Assembly (NCBI GenBank): GCA_903863195.1
Contig: CAIPAY010000116.1
Coordinates: forward strand, 8,326-72,325
From: an uncultured Holophagaceae bacterium
GTDB lineage: Bacteria > Acidobacteriota > Holophagae > Holophagales > Holophagaceae
DNA: 64,000 bases
Direction of reading: 5' to 3'
Under the pieces are notes generated by a model. The model ran no database searches and had not been told where the DNA came from. It saw only the letters and a program-made list of their open reading frames with translations. Positions 9,059-17,130 of this stretch are shown here, piece after piece. A program made the position numbers and the translations under genes. Each line of letters starts with the position of its first letter. The stretch's first letter is position 1.

Positions 9059-12000
9059 GAGCCCCCTGGCTGGGTGACTGGAAAGCACCCTGGGGCCTCG
9101 ATCGCGGCCGCCGCTGGGGCGACGCGCCCTGGGCCCTGGCGGCCATCAGCCAGGCCTGGCTCCTGGGCGGCCGGGAGGGGCGCTGGCCCCGCCTGGAGCA
9201 GGAGGCCCGCCGCTCTACCGGGCCGCAGGTCACCCAGGCTCCCGCCCGGTTCGAGCCCCGGCCCGATCCGCTCTGGATCGCCAGTCTGCGGCACGGCAGC
9301 CCCGGGGTGGCCGCGACCCGGCGCGGCGCCCGGGAGGACGAGTTCCTCACCTGGGCCTGGGAGGCCCTGCTGGACGGCGACGGCACACCCTGGATGGCGG
9401 CGGGCTCCGTGCTGCTGGACCTGCCCCGGCGGCTGCGCTGGGTGGCGGTGCTCGGGGCCGTGGATGAACAGGGCGACCTGCAGCTGCCGCCCTTCCTGGA
9501 CCTGCTTCCCCCGGCGTACCGGACCCTGCCTCCGGGCTGGTGGGAGGCGCTCCTCCGACAGCAGGACCCAGAGGGCCGCCTGCTGCCGGAAGGCTCGCTG
9601 CCCCCGGAGCTCCCCTGGCCCGCCCTGCAGCGCCACGCGCAGCCCCTGCTGCTGGCGTCCCTGCCCGAGGAGCTCCGCCCCTACCAGGCTTGCCCGTGGC
9701 TGCGGGAGCTGCCCGGCGGAGCCTGGATGCTGGCGCCGGACGTCCGGGCCTGGACCCGGGCGCCCGGCGCCTCCCCCCTGGGCTTGGGGCCGCTGGTGCC
9801 CCGCAACCTGGGCGCCGGGGCGCCGCCGGAGCCTGCCCTGGCGGAGGTCCTGAACCTGAGGCTCCCCGCCGAGTCCCCTGTCGGCTGGTCGGCAGCACTG
9901 GCGGCAGACCTCCGGGAGGCCGGCCACCGACCCGCGCCGCCACCCGCAGCAGGGCACCCGACCTGGGACCGGCTGCGGGTGCGCTGGGGCGGTCTGCCGC
10001 CGGCCCCGGAGCCTGGCTACCCGGCCTGGGAGGCCTACGCCCACCCTTGCGCAGATCCCTTCCACTGGATGGCCAAGGGCCAGCTCGCCCTGCGGGCCTT
10101 CGAACCCGAGGCCGCCCTCCGGGCCTTCACCCTGGCCCACGCCCACTTCGGCCGGCTGGGAGCCGCTGGCTGGGCCGAGCGCGCCGCCTCCAACGCCGCG
10201 GTCACCGCGCTCCAGTGGGCGGATCTGCCCGCCCATGGCCGCTGGGTCCACCAGCGCGGGCCCCTCCCGCAGCCTTGGCAGGCCATGGAGACCGCCCAGC
10301 TGGCCGAGGTGCAGCTGGAACCCCGCGTGGCGCTGGAGCGGATCCGGGCCCTGGTGGAGGCCCACCCGGACTTCACCGAGGGATGGGGACTCCTGGCCAG
10401 CCATGGCGCCGACCAGGAGGACTGGGACCTGGTGCGGGAGGGGCTGGACCGGGTCGGGGACCACCCCTACACCCAGTTCCTCACGGCCGCCCTGGGCCCG
10501 CTGACCGAGTCGCCACCCCCCGAAGCGGATCCGGAGACACAGCTCAGCTGGGAGGCGCATCGGCTCTTCCGGGGCTGCGGGGATCCCGAGGCCTTCTGGT
10601 CCACCTGGCGGACCTGTCCCACGCAGATCATGCGCCTCGAGCTGGGGCTCCAGGTGCTGGAGCGGGTACCCACGCAGCGCAGGGCCGAGGCCCTGCTCGC
10701 CCTCCAGGCCATCGCCGACCGGGCCGCCTCGGGCCGGCACCAGCGGCGGCTCGCGGACCTCTGGCCACCGGTGTCCGACACCGCCCCGCCGGCACCCCTG
10801 GCGCTGCTCCAGGCGTGGCTGGCCCAGCGCCAGGCACCCACCTGGATCACCTGGGAGGACGCCGGCCAGCTGCAGACCCTGGGCACCGGGGCGGCCCCGC
10901 CGGAGGGCGCCCTCGGCCGCCTGGCCAGAGATGGTGCCCTGGCCCCCTTCGGTCATGGCGCCTGGCTCTGGCGCGGCCACCCCCTGATCTGGGAGGGCTG
11001 CCCCGTGGGCGCAGTGCTGCTGGCGCAGGCCCTGGACAGTACCGTGGCTCCTACCCTCGAGCCCCTGCTGCTTGCCCCCTGGCTGGCGCTGCTCCGGGCC
11101 CAGCGACCCGCCGAGGCAGGGGTCGAGGGCGGCCTGCTCCTCACGGACGGCAGCGAGCCCCTGGCCGCGGTGCTGCGGGAGCTCGACCGGGTGGCAGCCT
11201 CGGAGCTGCCGGTGCTCATCCTGGGCCCCACCGGCTGCGGCAAGGAGCTGGCGGCGCGGGAGCTGCACCGGCGCTCGGGCCGCTCGGGTCCGCTGGTGGC
11301 CGTGAACTGCTCAGCCTTCGCCGAAGGTCTGCTGGAGTCCGAGCTGTTCGGCCACCTGAAGGGCGCCTTCACCGGCGCGGACCGCGACCGCCGGGGCGCC
11401 ATCGAGGCGGCCCGGGGCGGCACCCTCTTCCTGGATGAGGTGGCCGACCTGTCGCCGCGCCTCCAGTCGCTGCTGCTGCGGGTGCTGCAGGAGCACGAGA
11501 TCCGCCGCGTGGGCTCGGACCACTCGGTGAAAGTGGACGTGCGCTTCGCCGCAGCCACCCACCGCGCCCTGGAGGACCTCGCCACTGCAGGCACCTTCCG
11601 GCGGGACCTGCTCTTCCGGCTCCAGGGCGCGGTGCTGCGGCTGCCGCCCCTGGCGGCCCGCCGCCATGAGTTCCCCTTCCTGGTCCCCCGGCTCGCGGCC
11701 CGCGCCGCCGAGGCCACGAAGCGGCCTATCCCCGCCCTGGCCCCGGGGCTGCCTGAGGCCCTGGCGCGCCTGCCCTGGCCCGGCAACGTGCGGGAGCTGC
11801 TGCACGCCCTGGAGCGCGCAGTGCTGCGCTGCGAGGAGGGCGCCCTCCGGCCCCGGCACTTCCCGGAGCTGGAAACCCCGACCCTGCAGACCCGCACCTG
11901 GGAGGAGGCCACCCGGGCCTTCCAGCGCCGCCTCCTCCAGGACACCCTCCAGGCCTGCAGCCACCGCGCCGCCGAGGCCGCCGAGAGCCTCGGCCTGGCC

Positions 12001-12090
12001 CGGCCCACCCTCTACGCCACGGCGAAGCGGCTGGGTGTGGACCTGGTGGCGGAGCGGATGGGGGGGCAGGCCCCGCCTTCAGCTGGGTAG
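9052..12090 (+). CDS. Sigma-54-dependent transcriptional activator (bacterial enhancer-binding protein) with a ~640-aa uncharacterised N-terminal region
   Basis: The C-terminal part has Walker A ILGPTGCGKELAA, the GAFTGA loop (GHLKGAFTGA), the RVLQEHEIRRVG segment and a Fis-type HTH (AAESLGLARPTLYATAKRLGV). The frame is open from 8650 but overlaps aroA there. The first start after that is GTG 9052, forming GTGCTGA with the aroA stop. The start is uncertain. Confidence 0.8.
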   Translation: MLRAPWLGDWKAPWGLDRGRRWGDAPWALAAISQAWLLGGREGRWPRLEQEARRSTGPQVTQAPARFEPRPDPLWIASLRHGSPGVAATRRGAREDEFLTWAWEALLDGDGTPWMAAGSVLLDLPRRLRWVAVLGAVDEQGDLQLPPFLDLLPPAYRTLPPGWWEALLRQQDPEGRLLPEGSLPPELPWPALQRHAQPLLLASLPEELRPYQACPWLRELPGGAWMLAPDVRAWTRAPGASPLGLGPLVPRNLGAGAPPEPALAEVLNLRLPAESPVGWSAALAADLREAGHRPAPPPAAGHPTWDRLRVRWGGLPPAPEPGYPAWEAYAHPCADPFHWMAKGQLALRAFEPEAALRAFTLAHAHFGRLGAAGWAERAASNAAVTALQWADLPAHGRWVHQRGPLPQPWQAMETAQLAEVQLEPRVALERIRALVEAHPDFTEGWGLLASHGADQEDWDLVREGLDRVGDHPYTQFLTAALGPLTESPPPEADPETQLSWEAHRLFRGCGDPEAFWSTWRTCPTQIMRLELGLQVLERVPTQRRAEALLALQAIADRAASGRHQRRLADLWPPVSDTAPPAPLALLQAWLAQRQAPTWITWEDAGQLQTLGTGAAPPEGALGRLARDGALAPFGHGAWLWRGHPLIWEGCPVGAVLLAQALDSTVAPTLEPLLLAPWLALLRAQRPAEAGVEGGLLLTDGSEPLAAVLRELDRVAASELPVLILGPTGCGKELAARELHRRSGRSGPLVAVNCSAFAEGLLESELFGHLKGAFTGADRDRRGAIEAARGGTLFLDEVADLSPRLQSLLLRVLQEHEIRRVGSDHSVKVDVRFAAATHRALEDLATAGTFRRDLLFRLQGAVLRLPPLAARRHEFPFLVPRLAARAAEATKRPIPALAPGLPEALARLPWPGNVRELLHALERAVLRCEEGALRPRHFPELETPTLQTRTWEEATRAFQRRLLQDTLQACSHRAAEAAESLGLARPTLYATAKRLGVDLVAERMGGQAPPSAG

Positions 12091-13386
12091 CTCGGCCCGC
12101 AGCCGGAGCAGCTCGGCGTGACCGGTGAACGCGGCCAGGCCGCGGTCCAGCACCAGCCGCGCCTCGCCAGTCGCGCCCTGGGCCTGCAGCGACCGCGCGA
12201 CGATCAGGTGCCAGAGGCCACGACCGCCCGCGGGGAACCGGGCGAGCGCACTCCAGGCATCCCGGGCGGCGGCGGGCAGGTCCTGGGTGGCGGCGCCCAG
12301 GCCCACCAGCGCCTCCCAGAGCAGGAGGTCGCCGGGGTTCTGGTCCAGCCCGGCCTCGAGGATGGCGTGGGCCTCGCCCAGCTCGCCCTGGTCCCGCAGC
12401 AGCGCCGAGAGGCGGAGGAAGGGCAGTGTGAAGGACGGCTCCAGGTCGATGGCCTCGAGGTAGGCTGCGATGGCCGCCTCCACCTGTCCCATCCCGCCCA
12501 GGAGCTCCCCCTTCACGGTGCACAGGGACGGCCGGGCCTCGGGACTCGCGGGCCGCGCCAGCAGGGCGAGGGCCTCCTCGGTGGCCCCGGTGGCCCCCAG
12601 GGCCCGGGCTCCGGAGAGCCTGAGACGGAGCGGAGGCTCCGGCTCCAGCCGCAGGCAGGCCCGGGTGGCCTCGGCACAAATGGCCCACCGCTCGAGCATG
12701 GCCGCTTCCTGCATGAGGTTGAACTGGGCACGAAACTCCCCCGGGTGGGCCGCGGCCTCCTCCTGGGCGATGCGGAAGTAGCGATCCTGCTTGGCCCGGT
12801 CGAGATCAGCATCGCCCTTCCCCAGGTGGTGGATGACCACAGGCAGGGCCTTCGGCGCGAGGCCCAGCGCCTCGAAGCTGGGCTCCACGGTCTCGTGGAT
12901 ACGGCCCCGGTAGCGGATCCGGGGGTCCCGGCGGAAGAGGCGGAGCGCCAGGAACTCCGTGACGAAACCCAGGCCCTCGGTGCCCTTGGGGCCGCCGGGG
13001 TTGGGCCGGGCGCCGCCGTGCAGGCCCAGGTGGGCCCCGCTGGCGTGGTAGTTCCGCATGAGCAGGAAGTGGCCGAGTGCCCCCTCCTCCCTCATCGCTC
13101 GACGGATCACCGAGAAGGCTTGCCGATCCAACCGCTCATCCGCGTCCAGCACCAGGATCCAGTCCCCCGTGCACCGGTCCAGGCTCTCGTTGCGCGCCCA
13201 GGCGAAGTCGTCGCGCCAGTCGGCCTGGTTCACCCGCGCTCCGGCGGACGCCGCGATGGCCTGGGTCCCATCCGTGGACCCCGTGTCTACCACCACCACC
13301 TCATCCGCCAGCCCCGCCACCGACGCCAGGCAGGCCGCCAGATGCGCGGCCTCGTCGCGAACGATCAGGGCGAGGGAGAGTTTCAG
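12079..13386 (-). CDS. Family-2 glycosyltransferase fused to C-terminal TPR repeats
   Basis: GT2 core: KLSLALIVRDEAAHLAACLASVAGLADEVVVVDTGSTDGT...WARNESL...LVLDADE. A TPR-like C-terminal half follows. The first canonical start (GTG 13320) would delete the first beta-strand. I place the start at CTG 13386, preceded by GGAGG (13396-13392); see findings. The stop is secure. Confidence 0.75.
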   Translation of the reverse strand: MKLSLALIVRDEAAHLAACLASVAGLADEVVVVDTGSTDGTQAIAASAGARVNQADWRDDFAWARNESLDRCTGDWILVLDADERLDRQAFSVIRRAMREEGALGHFLLMRNYHASGAHLGLHGGARPNPGGPKGTEGLGFVTEFLALRLFRRDPRIRYRGRIHETVEPSFEALGLAPKALPVVIHHLGKGDADLDRAKQDRYFRIAQEEAAAHPGEFRAQFNLMQEAAMLERWAICAEATRACLRLEPEPPLRLRLSGARALGATGATEEALALLARPASPEARPSLCTVKGELLGGMGQVEAAIAAYLEAIDLEPSFTLPFLRLSALLRDQGELGEAHAILEAGLDQNPGDLLLWEALVGLGAATQDLPAAARDAWSALARFPAGGRGLWHLIVARSLQAQGATGEARLVLDRGLAAFTGHAELLRLRAELPS

Positions 13387-13425
13387 GGAGCCTCCGGCAT
13401 GGGGGGTTTCCGGGTCAGTGAGGAC

Positions 13426-16128
13426 TCAGCGCCGGAGGGCCAGACGGGCTTCATGGAGGCGCTTGGCGCGGGGTCCCAGGCGGTTCGCACCGGCGGCGCC
13501 GACCTCGGCGACCCACTGGAAGGTGTCGTAGCGCTTGAGGGTCTCCAGCATGTCCTCCGGCTGGTCCACGATCTCCACATCCGCGAAGGCCTCATGGCCC
13601 GCTCGCGCAAGCAGCTCGAGCACCCGCTCCTGAGCCTCCTCCTGGGTGGAGCCGGTGCCCTCCAATAACAGCACCAAGCCCACAGGCTCCCCGGGCCGGA
13701 AGGCGGCCACGTAGGCCAGCAGGATCTCGACCCAGGCGGCACCGGACCAATCCGGCTGCAGGAGGAAGGCCTCGCGGGCCCCCGGCTCGGGGATCCGGGC
13801 CTCGGCCGGAAGGAAGCGCAGGGGCGTGCGCTCCGCCAGGACCTTCAGCCGCTCCAGGATCAGGCGAGTGGGTCTCTCCCAACCCAGGTTTGCCGCGACC
13901 CAGAGCCTGCCCTGCCGCCCCTTGGCGGCGGCCTCCTCGGGGTGGGACGCCACGTGGCGCAGGAGGGCCACCAGGTCCTCCAGACGAGGCTCCTCCAGCC
14001 AGAAGCCTGGAGCAGACGGCTGGAACTCCTCCGTCATGTTGATGCGGCGGCGATCACAGGGAATCAGGTAGGCCCGATCCTCCGCCAGGAAGTCCATGGC
14101 GGCACCCCGGGCCGTGGCGATGACAGGCTTTCCGCTGGCCATCGCCTCGGCCATGGGCAGACCGAACCCCTCGCCCCGGTAGGGCATGACAAAGGCATCG
14201 CAGGCTCGGTAGAGCGCGGCGAGCTCGGCCTCCGCCAGGTTCGCGGTGGTGTATTCGATCTCGGGGGCCCCCGGCCGGGCCTTGAGGTCCTGGAGTATCT
14301 GGCCAAGCTCCGTCCCCTGATAGACCTCGCCCCCCTGGCCCTTGATGACCAGGCAGACGTCGTCAGCGGCGGTGAAGGCCTGCTGGTAGGCCTCGAGCAG
14401 CAGGTCGATGCCCTTGCGAGGGATGGTTCCCCCCAGGAACAGGAACTTGAACCGCTTGGCGGTGGACAAGGAGGCCTGCGGGCCCTCGGGCCTGAAGACA
14501 TTCGAGTCCACCCCGAGGGGGATGACGACCACCTTCTCGGCGGGCACCCCGCTCTCGATATAGCGGTCCCGGACCCAGGTGGAGTAGGCCCAGATCTCAT
14601 CCACCTCGCGGGTCATGGGCTCCACCCAGGCCTGCGGGATCCCGCCGAATTCCCAGGGCTGGATCATCACCCAGGCGCCCTCGGGAGGGGCCGTGAAGTT
14701 CGGGGGCCACTGGTGCCTGACATGCACCTGGGCGGGACCGGACAGCGGCGCCAGGACCCGCTCCGCCAAGGGTGCGATGGCCGGTTCGGCAGACGCATCG
14801 AACTGATCCCGCTCATAGGGGATCAGGCTCAGTTCCGCCTCCCCCGAGCTAATCAGCCCCAGGCAGAGCTGGCGGTTGACATGGGCCAAGCTGTGGTAGA
14901 CGAACTGCGAGCCTTCCCAGCGGAGTCGAGGCAGCGGGCTTGGGCTTGCTTCCCGGGCTGCGAAACCCGCCGAGATGGCCTGGATGGAGCTTGCGATGGC
15001 CTCAGCCACGCGGAAAGTCTCAGTCCAGGCTTCCCACTCGGGCCATGGCTGGGCCGTTCCAGCCTTGGACAGCCCATAGGCCTCCCGCAAGGCGCGGCGG
15101 ACGTCCGCCACCCGGAGCATGGGCATGGGCTTGCCCCGATGATGGGGCTGGTAGGCCAGCATCTCTTCCGTCATAGAGACCGTGAAAGTCGGGTCTTCCG
15201 CGATGAGCACCCTAGCCCCCAGAGGAGAGCTTCCGCCATAGCCCTCGGGGAGGATCAGCCGCTTCCCGCGGACCATGGCCTCAAAGACCGGGGCCGTGGT
15301 GCTGGTATCGGTGGAGACAAAAAAGTCACAGCTGTCCAGGAGGCTGCAGACTCCCATGCGGGTGCCAAGCTCCTCATCAACAATCACCTGCGCGCGCGAA
15401 CCGGTCCGGACCCGGAGCTCCTCCAGCAGGTGGGCCAGATCCCGCTTGGGCTGTCCTGGGATCGGATGCCAGCCCGGGTAGTTCACCTTGAGGTAGAGCT
15501 CGACAGCCGACTCCTCTTTGAACTCCTCCAGAAAGGCCTCAATCAGGGTGTCCCAGCGCCGCCGCGGCTGGTACATGGCAAGCGCAAGGAACCGGAAGGG
15601 GCCAGGCCTCTTGGTTCGCACCACAGGCGGAAGGTAGGGGTTCTCCATCCAGGGATGAGGCACCATCTGGCAGCGCACCTTGGCCGGCTCCATGCCGGCA
15701 CTGCACCAGCCCTGGATCTCGTGCTCACTCATCACCCAGAGCTGGTCCATCCGGTTGCAGACATCTACCCAGGCGGCGGGGGGGAGGTTGCCCTGGAGGC
15801 TGCTGTCAAAGGTCGTGCACATGATCCGGAGGGTGCCCGGCGGCAGCTGGAGCTGCAGCCAGCCAGGATTCGGGACATGCAGGAAGACGGCCACCAGAGC
15901 CCCCTGAACCGGGGTCTGCTCGAGCGCCTTCAGCAGGCTCAGGTCAACGTCATCGACCCCCGGCTCTACCTGATCCACGGGAATGATCCGGACTCGCAGC
16001 CCCGCCAGGTGCCACGCCATCGCCAGCGCCCGCCCGCCCATCCCATATCCGGTACGGTTGTAGAAGGGTGCGAAGAATAGGATAGTGTGCGCTTCGGGCA
16101 GCAGCGCCCGGAGGGAATCAGGAGCCAT
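13426..16128 (-). CDS. Large multi-module GT4-type (GT-B) glycosyltransferase
   Basis: 900-aa ORF. The central module has the canonical GT4 signature GGTIPRKGIDLLLEAY...MPYRGEGFGLPMAEAMASGKPVIAT. The N-terminal ~380 aa is GT-B-like but has a degenerate E-x7-E region (STDTSTTAPVFEAMVRGKRLI). The C-terminal ~170 aa resembles a third truncated half-module. Confidence 0.8.
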   Translation of the reverse strand: MAPDSLRALLPEAHTILFFAPFYNRTGYGMGGRALAMAWHLAGLRVRIIPVDQVEPGVDDVDLSLLKALEQTPVQGALVAVFLHVPNPGWLQLQLPPGTLRIMCTTFDSSLQGNLPPAAWVDVCNRMDQLWVMSEHEIQGWCSAGMEPAKVRCQMVPHPWMENPYLPPVVRTKRPGPFRFLALAMYQPRRRWDTLIEAFLEEFKEESAVELYLKVNYPGWHPIPGQPKRDLAHLLEELRVRTGSRAQVIVDEELGTRMGVCSLLDSCDFFVSTDTSTTAPVFEAMVRGKRLILPEGYGGSSPLGARVLIAEDPTFTVSMTEEMLAYQPHHRGKPMPMLRVADVRRALREAYGLSKAGTAQPWPEWEAWTETFRVAEAIASSIQAISAGFAAREASPSPLPRLRWEGSQFVYHSLAHVNRQLCLGLISSGEAELSLIPYERDQFDASAEPAIAPLAERVLAPLSGPAQVHVRHQWPPNFTAPPEGAWVMIQPWEFGGIPQAWVEPMTREVDEIWAYSTWVRDRYIESGVPAEKVVVIPLGVDSNVFRPEGPQASLSTAKRFKFLFLGGTIPRKGIDLLLEAYQQAFTAADDVCLVIKGQGGEVYQGTELGQILQDLKARPGAPEIEYTTANLAEAELAALYRACDAFVMPYRGEGFGLPMAEAMASGKPVIATARGAAMDFLAEDRAYLIPCDRRRINMTEEFQPSAPGFWLEEPRLEDLVALLRHVASHPEEAAAKGRQGRLWVAANLGWERPTRLILERLKVLAERTPLRFLPAEARIPEPGAREAFLLQPDWSGAAWVEILLAYVAAFRPGEPVGLVLLLEGTGSTQEEAQERVLELLARAGHEAFADVEIVDQPEDMLETLKRYDTFQWVAEVGAAGANRLGPRAKRLHEARLALRR

Positions 16129-16307
16129 GGGACCTCGTCGAAGGAAGCCTACCCGCGGAGAGTAGCTACATCCGTACCGGAAAACTTCGTTGATCTGTAG
16201 CAGGAATGATCACTCGGTTTCTTCGCCCCACGGCGCTGCCAGACCATCCCGCCAGCTGGCCAACAAGCCGGGATCTAACCCTGACCGGAGGGATTCGACC
16301 GTCCTCT

Positions 16308-17075
16308 TCAAGCATGGGGGGAGTGCCTGGGGCCGCTTGCCTGCCGCAACCTGGTTGGCTCGGGCCAGGGGTGATCCTGCAGGTCTGTCCGGGCCCGCTC
16401 GAGCCGCTCGGGACTGTCGATGGCGCACCGGTAGCCCGTGAGGGGGAAGCCTAAGAGCCGCCCGCTGGATATCAGGCCCGGGAAGACCTGCCTGGGGAAG
16501 TCACTATGGCCTACGGGAATCAGACTCAGCACAGCTGGGTCCAGGAGGTAGATCCCCGAGTTCACCCAGGGGGATTCAACCCCCTTTCGCTCTGCTTCCG
16601 TGGGACGCTCCAGCAGCCTCTGGATGCGCTGCTCCTCGTCGAGCACCACCACGCTATTGGAATGGGCACGCTGGTGGAGGAGCAGCGTGGCTAGGGCGGC
16701 CTTTTCCTGGTGGAAGCTCACCATGGCGGTAAGATCTTGGTCGGTCACCACATCGCCATAGTGCACAAGAATGGGGCCCGGCCCACCGAGCAGGTGTGCC
16801 GCGTGACGCACGGAACCTGCCGTGCCGAGCAGCTCCGCTTCCTCAACCAGTGCCAGCTTGAGCCCCCAGGCCGAGCCATCTCCGACATAGGCCCGGATGG
16901 CATCTGACCGATGGTGGAGGTTGAGCACCACCTCGGTGAAGCCATGGCGCGCAAGGTTCGCAAGAATGCGGTCAAGGATGGGGCGGCCATGGATATCCAG
17001 CAAAGGCTTGGGCAGCTCCAGCGTGAGCTCGCCCAGGCGTGTGCCTTTCCCGGCGCAGAGGACCATGGCTTTCAT
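16308..17075 (-). CDS. Sugar-1-phosphate nucleotidyltransferase (NTP_transferase family; HddC/GMP-like)
   Basis: MKAMVLCAGKGTRLGELTLELPKPLLDIHGRPILD... The G-x-G-T-R-L nucleotide-binding motif and ~250-aa length fit sugar-1-P guanylyl/thymidylyl-transferases. Confidence 0.85.
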   Translation of the reverse strand: MKAMVLCAGKGTRLGELTLELPKPLLDIHGRPILDRILANLARHGFTEVVLNLHHRSDAIRAYVGDGSAWGLKLALVEEAELLGTAGSVRHAAHLLGGPGPILVHYGDVVTDQDLTAMVSFHQEKAALATLLLHQRAHSNSVVVLDEEQRIQRLLERPTEAERKGVESPWVNSGIYLLDPAVLSLIPVGHSDFPRQVFPGLISSGRLLGFPLTGYRCAIDSPERLERARTDLQDHPWPEPTRLRQASGPRHSPHA

Positions 17076-17130
17076 GGGGCAGCTTCTCTCTTAAAGGGGG
17101 TGGGTGCCTGCTCGTGCAACTGAGCTGCGT

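Noticed and set aside
16190-16454. Small ORFs in and around the 16129-16307 gap: 16190-16441(+), 16206-16454(+) and 16210-16428(-).
   Set aside because: They overlap the 3' end of the nucleotidyltransferase gene, have Pro/Arg/Gly-rich translations, and have no RBS or recognisable motif. The gap is more simply an internal promoter or leader.
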